NCBI RefSeq assembly: GCF_001457615.1
Contig: NZ_LN831024.1
Coordinates: forward strand, 1,590,001-1,622,000
Length of the DNA: 32,000 nt
DNA from: Pseudomonas aeruginosa
Lineage (GTDB): Bacteria > Pseudomonadota > Gammaproteobacteria > Pseudomonadales > Pseudomonadaceae
Reading direction: 5' to 3'
Shown here: in pieces, positions 1-10,195 of the stretch
How the letters are laid out: every line of letters starts with the position of its first letter
Position numbering within the stretch: the stretch's first letter is position 1
Position numbers and translations under genes: made by a program
Notes under the pieces: model-generated
Told to the model about the DNA's origin: nothing
Database searches by the model: none
What the model saw: the letters and a program-made list of their open reading frames with translations, nothing else

Positions 1-62
1 ACGCCGGCGGCAAGCTTCCATGCGTTCATTCTATCGAGCCCTCCATGGCTTCGTGGTCTGCG

Positions 63-2096
63 TTACTTGACGCGCTGGCCCGGCTTGGCTCCGCTGTCCG
101 GACTCAGCAGGTAGATCTCCTCGCCACCCGGGCCGGCGGCCAGGACCATGCCCTCGGACACCCCGAACTTCATCTTGCGCGGCGCCAGGTTGGCCACATA
201 GAGCGTCAGGCGGCCTTCCAGGGCGCTCGGGTCGGGATATGCGCTCTTGATCCCGGAGAACACGTTACGCTTCGCGTCGCCGATGTCCAGCGACAGGCGC
301 AGCAGCTTGTCGGCGCCTTCGACGAATTCGCACTTCTCGATCAGGGCGATGCGCAGGTCGACCGCGGCGAAAGCGTCGAAGTCGATCTCCGCGGCGATGG
401 GTTCCTTGACCAGCTCGCCGTTGCCGGCGGGTTGGGATGCGGCGGCGAGGTCTTCCTTGGAGGCTTCGATCATGGCTTCTACTTTCGCGGGCTCGATACG
501 GGTCATCAGGGGCTGGAACGGGTTCAACTGGTGGTTGGCCAGCAGGGTCTGGTGGTCGGCCCAGGTCAGCGGGGCGACGTTGAGGAAGGCTTCGGCGGCG
601 GCGGCCAGCTTCGGCAGCACCGGCTTGAGGAAGATCACCAACTGGCGGAACAGGTTGATGCCCAGGCCGCAGACGGCCTGGACCTTGTCCTGCTGGCCTT
701 CCTGCTTGGCCAGCGCCCAGGGCGCCTGTTCGGCGATCCAGGCGTTGGCGCGGTCGGCGAGGGCCATGATCTCGCGCATGGCGCGATTGAAGTCGCGGGC
801 CTCATAGGCCTCGGCGATTCCCGGGGCGGCCTCGCGGAAGGCGGCGAGCAGCTCCGGCGCCGGATCGGCGCCGACCAGCACGCCGGCGTTGCCCTTGTGG
901 ATGAAGCCGGCGCAGCGGCTGGCGATGTTGACGACCTTGCCGACCAGGTCGGAGTTGACCTTCTGCACGAAGTCCTCGAGGTTCAGGTCGAGGTCCTCGA
1001 CGCCGCGGCCGAGCTTGGACGCGTAGTAGTAGCGCAGGTATTCCGGGTCCAGGTGGTCGAGGTAGGTGCGCGCCTTGACGAAGGTGCCGCGCGACTTGGA
1101 CATCTTCTGGCCGTTCACGGTCAGGTAGCCGTGCACGTTCAGCGCGGTCGGCTTGCGGTAGCCGGCGCCTTCGAGCATGGCCGGCCAGAACAGCGCGTGG
1201 AAGTTGACGATGTCCTTGCCGATGAAGTGGTACAGCTCGGCACTGGAGTCCTTGCCCCAGAACGCGTCGAAGTCCAGCTCGGGACGCCGCGCGCAGAGGT
1301 TCTTGAAGCTGGCCATGTAGCCGATCGGCGCGTCCAGCCAGACGTAGAAGTACTTGCCGGGAGCGTCGGGAATCTCGAAGCCGAAGTACGGCGCGTCACG
1401 CGAGATGTCCCACTGCTGGAGGCCGCTGTCCAGCCATTCGGCGAGCTTGTTGGCCACCGACTCCTGAAGGGTGCCGCTGCGGGTCCATTGCTTGAGCATG
1501 GCCTCGAAGTCCGGCAGCTTGAAGAAGTAGTGCAGCGATTCCTTGAGCACCGGGGTGGCGCCGGAGATCGCCGATTTCGGGTCCTTCAGTTCGGTCGGGG
1601 CGTAGGTCGCGCCGCAGGCCTCGCAGTTGTCGCCGTACTGGTCGGCGGTGCCGCACTTCGGGCAGGTGCCCTTGATGAAGCGGTCGGCGAGGAACATCTG
1701 CTTTTCCGGGTCGAAGTACTGGGTCACCGGGCGGGTGTCGATGTGCCCGGCGTCGCGCAGTTTCAGGTAGATCGCGCTGGACAGCTCGCGGTTCTCTTCC
1801 GAGTGGGTCGAGTGGTAGTTGTCGAAGTCCACCAGGAAGTCGGCGAAGTCGCCCATGTGCTCGGCGCGCACGGCGTCGATCAGTTGCTCGGAGGTGATGC
1901 CCTCGCGCTCGGCGCGGAGCATGATCGCCGAACCGTGGGCGTCGTCGGCGCAGACGTAGACGGCCTGGTTGCCACGCATCTTCTGGAAGCGCACCCACAT
2001 GTCCGTCTGGATGTACTCCAGCATGTGTCCCAGGTGAATGGAACCGTTGGCGTAGGGGAGGGCGCTGGTAACGAGGATCTTGCGTGGTTCGGACAT
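63..2096 (-). CDS. metG: Methionyl-tRNA synthetase
   Basis: 677-aa ORF; class I aaRS N-terminus [37 protein letters not shown] motif, Zn-binding CPKCG...CEACG, C-terminal tRNA-binding domain ([25 protein letters not shown]). Confidence 0.98.
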   Translation of the reverse strand: MSEPRKILVTSALPYANGSIHLGHMLEYIQTDMWVRFQKMRGNQAVYVCADDAHGSAIMLRAEREGITSEQLIDAVRAEHMGDFADFLVDFDNYHSTHSEENRELSSAIYLKLRDAGHIDTRPVTQYFDPEKQMFLADRFIKGTCPKCGTADQYGDNCEACGATYAPTELKDPKSAISGATPVLKESLHYFFKLPDFEAMLKQWTRSGTLQESVANKLAEWLDSGLQQWDISRDAPYFGFEIPDAPGKYFYVWLDAPIGYMASFKNLCARRPELDFDAFWGKDSSAELYHFIGKDIVNFHALFWPAMLEGAGYRKPTALNVHGYLTVNGQKMSKSRGTFVKARTYLDHLDPEYLRYYYASKLGRGVEDLDLNLEDFVQKVNSDLVGKVVNIASRCAGFIHKGNAGVLVGADPAPELLAAFREAAPGIAEAYEARDFNRAMREIMALADRANAWIAEQAPWALAKQEGQQDKVQAVCGLGINLFRQLVIFLKPVLPKLAAAAEAFLNVAPLTWADHQTLLANHQLNPFQPLMTRIEPAKVEAMIEASKEDLAAASQPAGNGELVKEPIAAEIDFDAFAAVDLRIALIEKCEFVEGADKLLRLSLDIGDAKRNVFSGIKSAYPDPSALEGRLTLYVANLAPRKMKFGVSEGMVLAAGPGGEEIYLLSPDSGAKPGQRVK

Positions 2097-2226
2097 GGGT
2101 TCGGCTTATCGGCTGAGAGCTAAACGGATCGGTCACTATAAAGAAGCGGCGGTTTTTTTTCATCCGCGCGCCACTCGGGTAGGATGACCGGCATCGATTC
2201 CCCGCTTAACCCTCAGGAAATCCCCC

Positions 2227-3321
2227 ATGTCCGCTATCACTCGCCAAACGGTGGAAGCCACCCTCCGCCAGTACCAGGACCCCTATCTGAACCAGGACCC
2301 CGTCAGCGCCGGCTGCCTGCGCGAGGTGGAGATCCAGGGCGACCGCGTGCGGGTGCGCCTGGAACTGGGGTACGCCGCCGGGCTGTTCAGAAACGGCCTG
2401 GCGCAAACCCTGCAAATGGCCCTGGAGGCGCTCGACGGCGTCGCTCGCGCCGAGGTCCGGGTCGACTGCGTGATCCAGCCGCACAAGGCACAGCCGCAGG
2501 TCGAGGTGATGGGCAACGTGAAGAACATCGTCGCGGTGGCTTCCGGCAAGGGCGGCGTCGGCAAGTCCACCACCGCCGCCAACCTGGCCCTGGCCTTGGC
2601 CCGCGAGGGTGCGCGGGTGGGCATCCTCGACGCGGACATCTACGGACCCAGCCAGGGCATCATGTTCGGCCTGCCGGAAGGCACCCGGCCGAAGGTCCGT
2701 GAGCAGAAGTGGTTCGAGCCCCTGGAGGCGCACGGGGTGCAGGTGATGTCGATGGCCTTCCTCACCGACGACAGCACGCCGGTGGTCTGGCGCGGGCCGA
2801 TGGTCTCCGGTGCCCTGATCCAACTGATCACCCAGACCGCCTGGGACAACCTCGACTACCTGGTGGTGGACATGCCGCCGGGCACCGGCGACATCCAGCT
2901 GACCCTGGCGCAGAAGGTGCCGGTGGCCGGCGCGGTGATCGTCACCACCCCGCAGGACCTAGCGCTGCTCGACGCGAAGAAGGGCGTGGAGATGTTCCGC
3001 AAGGTGAACATCCCGGTGCTCGGCGTGGTGGAGAACATGGCGGTGCATATCTGCTCCAACTGCGGCCATGCCGAGCACCTGTTCGGCGAGGGCGGCGGCG
3101 AGAAGCTGGCGGCGCAGTTCGGCGTCGAGCTGCTGGCGTCCATGCCGCTGTCGATCGCCATCCGCACCCAGGCCGACAGCGGCCGGCCGACGGTGATCGC
3201 CGATCCGGAAAGCCAACTGGCGATGCTCTACCAGGAAATCGCCCGCCATGTCGGCGCGCGCATCGTTCTCAGCGAGCGGGCCAGCGTCGGCCTGCCGAAC
3301 ATCAGCATCAGCGACGACTGA
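2227..3321 (+). CDS. apbC: Mrp/ApbC-family iron-sulfur cluster carrier P-loop ATPase
   Basis: 364 aa; deviant Walker A VASGKGGVGKSTTAANLALAL, DADIYGPSQGIMFG, VVDMPPGTGDIQLTL, CSNCG motif. Divergent from metG. Confidence 0.95.
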   Translation: MSAITRQTVEATLRQYQDPYLNQDPVSAGCLREVEIQGDRVRVRLELGYAAGLFRNGLAQTLQMALEALDGVARAEVRVDCVIQPHKAQPQVEVMGNVKNIVAVASGKGGVGKSTTAANLALALAREGARVGILDADIYGPSQGIMFGLPEGTRPKVREQKWFEPLEAHGVQVMSMAFLTDDSTPVVWRGPMVSGALIQLITQTAWDNLDYLVVDMPPGTGDIQLTLAQKVPVAGAVIVTTPQDLALLDAKKGVEMFRKVNIPVLGVVENMAVHICSNCGHAEHLFGEGGGEKLAAQFGVELLASMPLSIAIRTQADSGRPTVIADPESQLAMLYQEIARHVGARIVLSERASVGLPNISISDD

Positions 3322-3329
3322 GGCGATCG

Positions 3330-3355
3330 GGCAGCCGTCGGCGACGGCTGCCTTT
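3330..3355 (+). terminator. Hairpin ggcagccgtc-ggc-gacggctgcc followed by ttt; putative terminator of apbC/mrp
   Basis: Perfect 10-bp stem directly downstream of the stop at 3321. Confidence 0.6.
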
Positions 3356-3421
3356 GCCCTGGGGCGGCGGCCCCGGTAAGATTCGCGATCATTTTTCGCA
3401 GCTTTCGACAGGACACCCTCC

Positions 3422-3988
3422 ATGACCATCAAATCGGACAAGTGGATTCGCCGCATGGCTCAGGAGCACGGCATGATCGAGCCGTTCGTCGAGCGCCAGG
3501 TGCGCGGCGCGGACGACAGCCGGGTGATTTCCTACGGGGTGTCCAGCTACGGCTACGACGTGCGCTGCGCCGCCGAGTTCAAGGTGTTCACCAACATCCA
3601 TTCGGCGGTGGTCGATCCGAAGAACTTCGACGAGAAAAGCTTCGTCGACATCAACAGCGACGTCTGCATCATCCCGCCGAACTCCTTCGCTCTGGCGCGC
3701 ACCGTCGAGTACTTCCGCATCCCGCGCGACGTCCTGACCATCTGCCTGGGCAAGAGCACCTACGCGCGTTGCGGCATCATCGTCAACGTCACCCCGCTGG
3801 AGCCGGAGTGGGAAGGCCATGTGACCCTCGAGTTCTCCAATACCACCAACCTGCCGGCGAAGATCTACGCCAACGAAGGCGTGGCGCAGATGCTCTTCCT
3901 GCAATCCGACGAGGCCTGCGAAGTGTCCTATAAGGACCGTGGCGGCAAATACCAGGGCCAGCGCGGCGTGACCCTGCCAAAAGCCTGA
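3422..3988 (+). CDS. dcd: dCTP deaminase
   Basis: 188 aa; [24 protein letters not shown]..., [45 protein letters not shown] typical of Dcd. Confidence 0.97.
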
Positions 3989-4010
3989 CGCCAGAGCGTT
4001 TCGACACCGG

Positions 4011-4036
4011 AAACCGGGCCTGGCGCCCGGTTTTTT
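4011..4036 (+). terminator. Rho-independent terminator downstream of dcd
   Basis: aaaccgggc-ctggc-gcccggttt followed by a T run. Confidence 0.85.
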
Positions 4037-4131
4037 CATGCCTTTTCCGCCAACCCCTCGCTGTTCCCCGCCGGCCGCTCTGGCACGCCTTATCGCGGGC
4101 GGGCAGGGGCTTATGCGCAGGCGGCCGCCCG

Positions 4132-4151
4132 TCCTGTGAAATCTGGCAGTT
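4132..4151 (+). promoter_or_regulatory. las/rhl (lux-type) box of the rhlAB promoter
   Basis: tcctgtgaaatctggcagtt, a lux-box-like dyad about 260 bp upstream of the rhlA ATG; matches the known RhlR binding site. Confidence 0.9.
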
Positions 4152-4199
4152 ACCGTTAGCTTTCGAATTGGCTAAAAAGTGTTCATCGGCTACGCGTGA

Positions 4200-5299
<1,100 letters not shown>

Positions 5300-5364
5300 A
5301 CCCTTGACCTGCGAAGACCCGGCCTGGCCGGGCTTTGCGGTTGCATAACGCACGGAGTAGCCCC

Positions 5365-6645
5365 ATGCACGCCATCCTCATCGCCATCGGCTCGGCCGGC
5401 GACGTATTTCCCTTCATCGGCTTGGCCCGGACCCTGAAATTGCGCGGGCACCGCGTGAGCCTCTGCACCACCCCGGTGTTTCGCGACGCGGTGGAGCAGC
5501 ACGGCATCGCGTTCGTCCCGCTGAGCGACGAACTGACCTACCGCCGGACCATGGGCGATCCGCGCCTGTGGGACCCCAAGACGTCCTTCGGCGTGCTCTG
5601 GCAAGCCATCGCCGGGATGATCGAGCCGGTCTACGAGTACGTCTCGGCGCAGCGCCATGACGACATCGTGGTGGTCGGCTCGCTCTGGGCGCTGGGCGCA
5701 CGCATCGCTCACGAGAAGTACGGGATTCCCTACCTGTCCGCGCAGGTCTCGCCATCGACCTTGTTGTCGGCGCACCTGCCGCCGGTACACCCCAAGTTCA
5801 ACGTGCCCGAGCAGATGCCGCTGGCGATGCGCAAGCTGCTCTGGCGCTGCATCGAGCGCTTCAAGCTGGATCGCACCTGCGCGCCGGAGATCAACGCGGT
5901 GCGCCGCAAGGTCGGCCTGGAGACGCCGGTGAAGCGCATCTTCACCCAATGGATGCATTCGCCGCAGGGCGTGGTCTGCCTGTTCCCGGCCTGGTTCGCG
6001 CCGCCCCAGCAGGATTGGCCGCAACCCCTGCACATGACCGGCTTCCCGCTGTTCGACGGCAGTATCCCGGGGACCCCGCTCGACGACGAACTGCAACGCT
6101 TTCTCGATCAGGGCAGCCGGCCGCTGGTGTTCACCCAGGGCTCGACCGAACACCTGCAGGGCGACTTCTACGCCATGGCCCTGCGCGCGCTGGAACGCCT
6201 CGGCGCGCGTGGGATCTTCCTCACCGGCGCCGGCCAGGAACCGCTGCGCGGCTTGCCGAATCACGTGCTGCAGCGCGCCTACGCGCCACTGGGAGCCTTG
6301 CTGCCATCGTGCGCCGGGCTGGTCCATCCGGGCGGTATCGGCGCCATGAGCCTGGCCTTGGCGGCGGGGGTGCCGCAGGTGCTGCTGCCCTGCGCCCACG
6401 ACCAGTTCGACAATGCTGAACGGCTGGTCCGGCTCGGCTGCGGGATGCGCCTGGGCGTGCCGTTGCGCGAGCAGGAGTTGCGCGGGGCGCTGTGGCGCTT
6501 GCTCGAGGACCCGGCCATGGCGGCGGCCTGTCGGCGTTTCATGGAATTGTCACAACCGCACAGTATCGCTTGCGGTAAAGCGGCCCAGGTGGTCGAACGT
6601 TGTCATAGGGAGGGGGATGCTCGATGGCTGAAGGCTGCGTCCTGA
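5365..6645 (+). CDS. rhlB: Rhamnosyltransferase chain B (glycosyltransferase family 1)
   Basis: 426 aa from the ATG at 5365 (MHAILIAIGSAGDVFPFIGLARTLKLRGHRV...); UGT-like C-terminus LVHPGGIGAMSLALAAGVPQVLLPCAHDQFDNAERL; immediately downstream of rhlA. Confidence 0.98.
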   Translation: MHAILIAIGSAGDVFPFIGLARTLKLRGHRVSLCTTPVFRDAVEQHGIAFVPLSDELTYRRTMGDPRLWDPKTSFGVLWQAIAGMIEPVYEYVSAQRHDDIVVVGSLWALGARIAHEKYGIPYLSAQVSPSTLLSAHLPPVHPKFNVPEQMPLAMRKLLWRCIERFKLDRTCAPEINAVRRKVGLETPVKRIFTQWMHSPQGVVCLFPAWFAPPQQDWPQPLHMTGFPLFDGSIPGTPLDDELQRFLDQGSRPLVFTQGSTEHLQGDFYAMALRALERLGARGIFLTGAGQEPLRGLPNHVLQRAYAPLGALLPSCAGLVHPGGIGAMSLALAAGVPQVLLPCAHDQFDNAERLVRLGCGMRLGVPLREQELRGALWRLLEDPAMAAACRRFMELSQPHSIACGKAAQVVERCHREGDARWLKAAS

Positions 6646-6680
6646 ACGGTGCTGGCATAACAGATAGGGTTGCCATGATT

Positions 6681-6695
6681 TTGCCGTATCGGCAA
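6681..6695. promoter_or_regulatory. Perfect dyad ttgccg-tat-cggcaa in the rhlR promoter region, candidate LasR/RhlR or other regulator site
   Basis: Inverted repeat about 75 bp upstream of the rhlR start, followed by a TTGACA-like -35 at 6707-6712. Confidence 0.45.
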
Positions 6696-6769
6696 GGCTG
6701 CGCGCTTGACAGCGTCATACCCCGGGCCAATTCTGCTGTGATGCATTTTATCGATCAGGGCTTACTGCA

Positions 6770-7495
6770 ATGAGGAATGACGGAGGCTTTTTGCTGTGGT
6801 GGGACGGTTTGCGTAGCGAGATGCAGCCGATCCACGACAGCCAGGGCGTGTTCGCCGTCCTGGAAAAGGAAGTGCGGCGCCTGGGCTTCGATTACTACGC
6901 CTATGGCGTGCGCCACACGATTCCCTTCACCCGGCCGAAGACCGAGGTCCATGGCACCTATCCCAAGGCCTGGCTGGAGCGATACCAGATGCAGAACTAC
7001 GGGGCCGTGGATCCGGCGATCCTCAACGGCCTGCGCTCCTCGGAAATGGTGGTCTGGAGCGACAGCCTGTTCGACCAGAGCCGGATGCTCTGGAACGAGG
7101 CTCGCGATTGGGGCCTCTGTGTCGGCGCGACCCTGCCGATCCGCGCGCCGAACAATTTGCTCAGCGTGCTTTCCGTGGCGCGCGACCAGCAGAACATCTC
7201 CAGCTTCGAGCGCGAGGAAATCCGCCTGCGGCTGCGTTGCATGATCGAGTTGCTGACCCAGAAGCTGACCGACCTGGAGCATCCGATGCTGATGTCCAAC
7301 CCGGTCTGCCTGAGCCATCGCGAACGCGAGATCCTGCAATGGACCGCCGACGGCAAGAGCTCCGGGGAAATCGCCATCATCCTGAGCATTTCCGAGAGCA
7401 CGGTGAACTTCCACCACAAGAACATCCAGAAGAAGTTCGACGCGCCGAACAAGACGCTGGCTGCCGCCTACGCCGCGGCGCTGGGCCTCATCTGA
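6770..7495 (+). CDS. rhlR: LuxR-family quorum-sensing transcriptional regulator RhlR
   Basis: 241 aa; autoinducer-binding domain plus LuxR HTH (LSHREREILQWTADGKSSGEIAIILSISESTVNFHHKNIQKKF). Confidence 0.98.
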   Translation: MRNDGGFLLWWDGLRSEMQPIHDSQGVFAVLEKEVRRLGFDYYAYGVRHTIPFTRPKTEVHGTYPKAWLERYQMQNYGAVDPAILNGLRSSEMVVWSDSLFDQSRMLWNEARDWGLCVGATLPIRAPNNLLSVLSVARDQQNISSFEREEIRLRLRCMIELLTQKLTDLEHPMLMSNPVCLSHREREILQWTADGKSSGEIAIILSISESTVNFHHKNIQKKFDAPNKTLAAAYAAALGLI

Positions 7496-7500
7496 TGCTT

Positions 7501-7524
7501 AGGGCGCGCCGGCTGGCGCGCCCT
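7501..7524 (+). terminator. Perfect 10-bp stem hairpin downstream of rhlR (no T tract)
   Basis: agggcgcgcc-ggct-ggcgcgccct; directly abuts/overlaps the rhlI-promoter lux box. Confidence 0.45.
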
Positions 7525-7541
7525 ACCAGATCTGGCAGGTT
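7522..7541 (+). promoter_or_regulatory. las/rhl box upstream of rhlI
   Basis: cctaccagatctggcaggtt, near-perfect dyad matching the lux-type consensus. Confidence 0.9.
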
Positions 7542-7559
7542 GCCTGCCGTTCATCCTCC

Positions 7560-7646
7560 TTTAGTCTTCCCCCTCATGTGTGTGCTGGTATGTCCTCCGA
7601 CTGAGAGGGCCCAGGAGTATCAGGGTAGGGATGCCGCCTTTTTTTC
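7560..7646 (+). ncRNA. rhlS: Region of the RhlS sRNA / rhlI 5' UTR
   Basis: Leader between the lux box and the rhlI ATG; contains a potential ccctc...gaggg stem and a T7 run (7639-7645). A small RNA derived from the rhlI 5' UTR has been reported; exact ends are not determinable from sequence. Confidence 0.5.
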
Positions 7647-7674
7647 TCGGCCGGCACGACACGGGGACTTGGTC

Positions 7675-8280
7675 ATGATCGAATTGCTCTCTGAATCGCT
7701 GGAAGGGCTTTCCGCCGCCATGATCGCCGAGCTGGGACGCTACCGGCATCAGGTCTTCATCGAGAAGCTGGGCTGGGATGTGGTCTCCACCTCCAGGGTC
7801 CGCGACCAGGAGTTCGACCAGTTCGACCATCCGCAAACCCGCTACATCGTCGCCATGGGCCGCCAGGGTATCTGCGGTTGTGCCCGCCTGTTGCCGACGA
7901 CCGACGCCTACCTGCTCAAGGAAGTCTTCGCCTACCTGTGCAGCGAAACCCCGCCCAGCGATCCGTCGGTCTGGGAGCTTTCGCGTTACGCCGCCAGCGC
8001 GGCGGACGATCCGCAACTGGCGATGAAGATATTCTGGTCCAGCCTGCAATGCGCCTGGTACCTGGGCGCCAGTTCGGTGGTGGCGGTGACCACCACGGCC
8101 ATGGAGCGCTATTTCGTTCGCAACGGCGTGATCCTCCAGCGCCTCGGCCCGCCGCAGAAGGTCAAGGGCGAGACGCTGGTCGCGATCAGCTTCCCGGCCT
8201 ACCAGGAGCGCGGCCTGGAGATGCTGCTGCGCTACCACCCGGAATGGCTGCAGGGCGTACCGCTGTCGATGGCGGTGTGA
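7675..8280 (+). CDS. rhlI: N-butanoyl-homoserine lactone (C4-HSL) synthase RhlI
   Basis: 201 aa from the ATG at 7675: MIELLSESLEGLSAAMIAELGRYRHQVFIEKLGWDV...; autoinducer synthase family signature. Confidence 0.97.
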   Translation: MIELLSESLEGLSAAMIAELGRYRHQVFIEKLGWDVVSTSRVRDQEFDQFDHPQTRYIVAMGRQGICGCARLLPTTDAYLLKEVFAYLCSETPPSDPSVWELSRYAASAADDPQLAMKIFWSSLQCAWYLGASSVVAVTTTAMERYFVRNGVILQRLGPPQKVKGETLVAISFPAYQERGLEMLLRYHPEWLQGVPLSMAV

Positions 8281-8434
8281 GGTCGTCAGCCATTTCGCGC
8301 ACTTTTTTCCGCTTCTCCTGCCGCATGCTCGGCCCGCGCCCCGGCGTCATCGGGCGTTCCCCTGCATTCCGGGATTTGGCCGCGGCTGCCGACTTGCGTA
8401 GTCTCTCTGCGGTCCGCCATCCCGAGGAGTCGCC

Positions 8435-9241
8435 ATGCTGAAGTCATTCCGCCATCTCGTCCAGGCCCTGGCCTGCCTTGCGCTGCTGGCCAGCGCCAGC
8501 CTCCAGGCGCAGGAGAGCCGCCTCGACCGCATCCTCGAAAGCGGCGTGCTGCGCGTCGCCACCACTGGCGACTACAAGCCCTTCAGCTACCGCACGGAAG
8601 AGGGCGGTTACGCCGGTTTCGACGTGGACATGGCGCAGCGCCTGGCCGAGAGCCTGGGGGCCAAGCTGGTAGTGGTGCCGACCAGTTGGCCGAACCTGAT
8701 GCGCGATTTCGCCGACGACCGCTTCGACATCGCCATGAGCGGCATCTCGATCAACCTGGAGCGCCAGCGCCAGGCGTATTTCTCGATTCCCTACCTGCGC
8801 GACGGCAAGACGCCGATCACCCTCTGTAGCGAAGAAGCGCGTTTCCAGACCCTGGAGCAGATCGACCAGCCGGGCGTGACGGCCATCGTCAACCCCGGCG
8901 GCACCAACGAGAAGTTCGCCCGGGCGAACCTGAAGAAGGCCCGGATCCTGGTGCATCCGGACAACGTGACGATCTTCCAGCAGATCGTCGACGGCAAGGC
9001 CGACCTGATGATGACCGACGCCATCGAGGCCCGCCTGCAGTCGCGTCTGCACCCGGAACTCTGCGCCGTGCATCCGCAGCAACCCTTCGACTTCGCCGAG
9101 AAGGCCTACCTGCTGCCGCGCGACGAGGCCTTCAAGCGCTACGTCGACCAGTGGCTGCACATCGCCGAGCAGAGCGGCTTGTTGCGCCAGCGCATGGAGC
9201 ACTGGCTCGAATACCGCTGGCCCACCGCGCACGGCAAGTAA
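8435..9241 (+). CDS. pheC: Periplasmic cyclohexadienyl (arogenate/prephenate) dehydratase
   Basis: 268 aa; signal peptide plus SBP_bac_3 fold (VLRVATTGDYKPFSYRTEEGGYAGFDVDMAQRLAESLGAKL...). Confidence 0.93.
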   Translation: MLKSFRHLVQALACLALLASASLQAQESRLDRILESGVLRVATTGDYKPFSYRTEEGGYAGFDVDMAQRLAESLGAKLVVVPTSWPNLMRDFADDRFDIAMSGISINLERQRQAYFSIPYLRDGKTPITLCSEEARFQTLEQIDQPGVTAIVNPGGTNEKFARANLKKARILVHPDNVTIFQQIVDGKADLMMTDAIEARLQSRLHPELCAVHPQQPFDFAEKAYLLPRDEAFKRYVDQWLHIAEQSGLLRQRMEHWLEYRWPTAHGK

Positions 9242-9334
9242 TACAGGGGCGGCGAGGGTGGCCGCGGGCCCGCGCGGCCTTCCTTGGCGGCGGCAAAAAC
9301 GTTATGGTCGGCGCCCCATCCTGGTGCCTGGTCC

Positions 9335-10195
9335 ATGCGTTATCTACTGTTCGTCACCGTCCTCTGGGCGTTCTCCTTCAACCTGATCGGCGAGTACCTC
9401 GCCGGCCAGGTCGACAGCTACTTCGCCGTGCTTACCCGGGTCCTTCTCGCTGGCCTGGTGTTTCTCCCGCTGACCCGCTGGCGCGGCGTCGAACCGCGTT
9501 TCGTCGGTGGGGTGATGCTGGTCGGCGCGCTGCAGTTCGGCATCACCTACGTCTGCCTGTACCTGAGCTTCAACGTGCTGACGGTGCCCGAGGTGCTGCT
9601 GTTCACCGTGCTGACGCCGGTCCACGTGGCCCTGTTCGACGACCTGCTCAACCGCCGCTTCAACTTCTGGGCCCTGGCCGCCGCGCTGGTGGCGGTGCTG
9701 GGCGCGGCGATCATCCGCTACGACGGGATCACTGGCGAGTTCCTCCAGGGCTTCCTGCTGCTGCAACTGGCCAACGCCACCTTCGCCGCCGGCCAGGTGC
9801 TGTACAAGCGCCTGGTGCGCAAGTACCCGTCCGAGCTGCCGCAGCGCCAGCGCTTCGGTTATTTCTTCGTTGGCGCGCTGCTGGTGGCGTTGCCTGCCTG
9901 GCTGCTGTTCGGCGATCCGCAGCGCCTGCCGGCCGGCGAGCTGCAATGGGGCGTACTGGTATGGATGGGGCTGCTGGCCACCGCCCTCGGCCAGTTCTGG
10001 TGGAACAAGGGCGCCACCGAGGTGGACGCCGGTACCCTGGCGGTGATGAACAACCTGCACGTGCCGGTCGGGTTGCTGCTCAACCTGCTGATCTGGAACC
10101 AGCACGCCGACCTGCCGCGCCTGGCCCTGGGCGGCGCGGTGATCGTCGCTTCGCTGTGGGTCAACCGGCTCGGCCGGCGCGAGGTGCGTGCATGA
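9335..10195 (+). CDS. EamA/DMT-family permease
   Basis: Start MRYLLFVTVLWAFSFNLIGEYLAG within the 303-aa ORF; 10 hydrophobic segments; EamA pattern (WWNKGATEVDAGTLAVMNNLHVPVGLLLNLLIW). Confidence 0.85.
   Translation: MRYLLFVTVLWAFSFNLIGEYLAGQVDSYFAVLTRVLLAGLVFLPLTRWRGVEPRFVGGVMLVGALQFGITYVCLYLSFNVLTVPEVLLFTVLTPVHVALFDDLLNRRFNFWALAAALVAVLGAAIIRYDGITGEFLQGFLLLQLANATFAAGQVLYKRLVRKYPSELPQRQRFGYFFVGALLVALPAWLLFGDPQRLPAGELQWGVLVWMGLLATALGQFWWNKGATEVDAGTLAVMNNLHVPVGLLLNLLIWNQHADLPRLALGGAVIVASLWVNRLGRREVRA

Noticed and set aside
45-2123. 692-aa plus-strand ORF opposite metG
   Set aside because: The minus-strand frame is unambiguous methionyl-tRNA synthetase. The antisense ORF is low-complexity Ala/Gly/Arg/Val-rich, a high-GC artefact.
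7108-7674. N-terminal extension of the 390-aa ORF containing rhlI
   Set aside because: It overlaps rhlR in another frame and lacks homology; rhlI starts at the ATG at 7675 with a canonical 201-aa product.
9151-10191. N-terminal part of the 646-aa plus-strand ORF
   Set aside because: Out-of-frame read-through of the upstream EamA gene; only the segment from MRISGQG (10192) is a credible permease.
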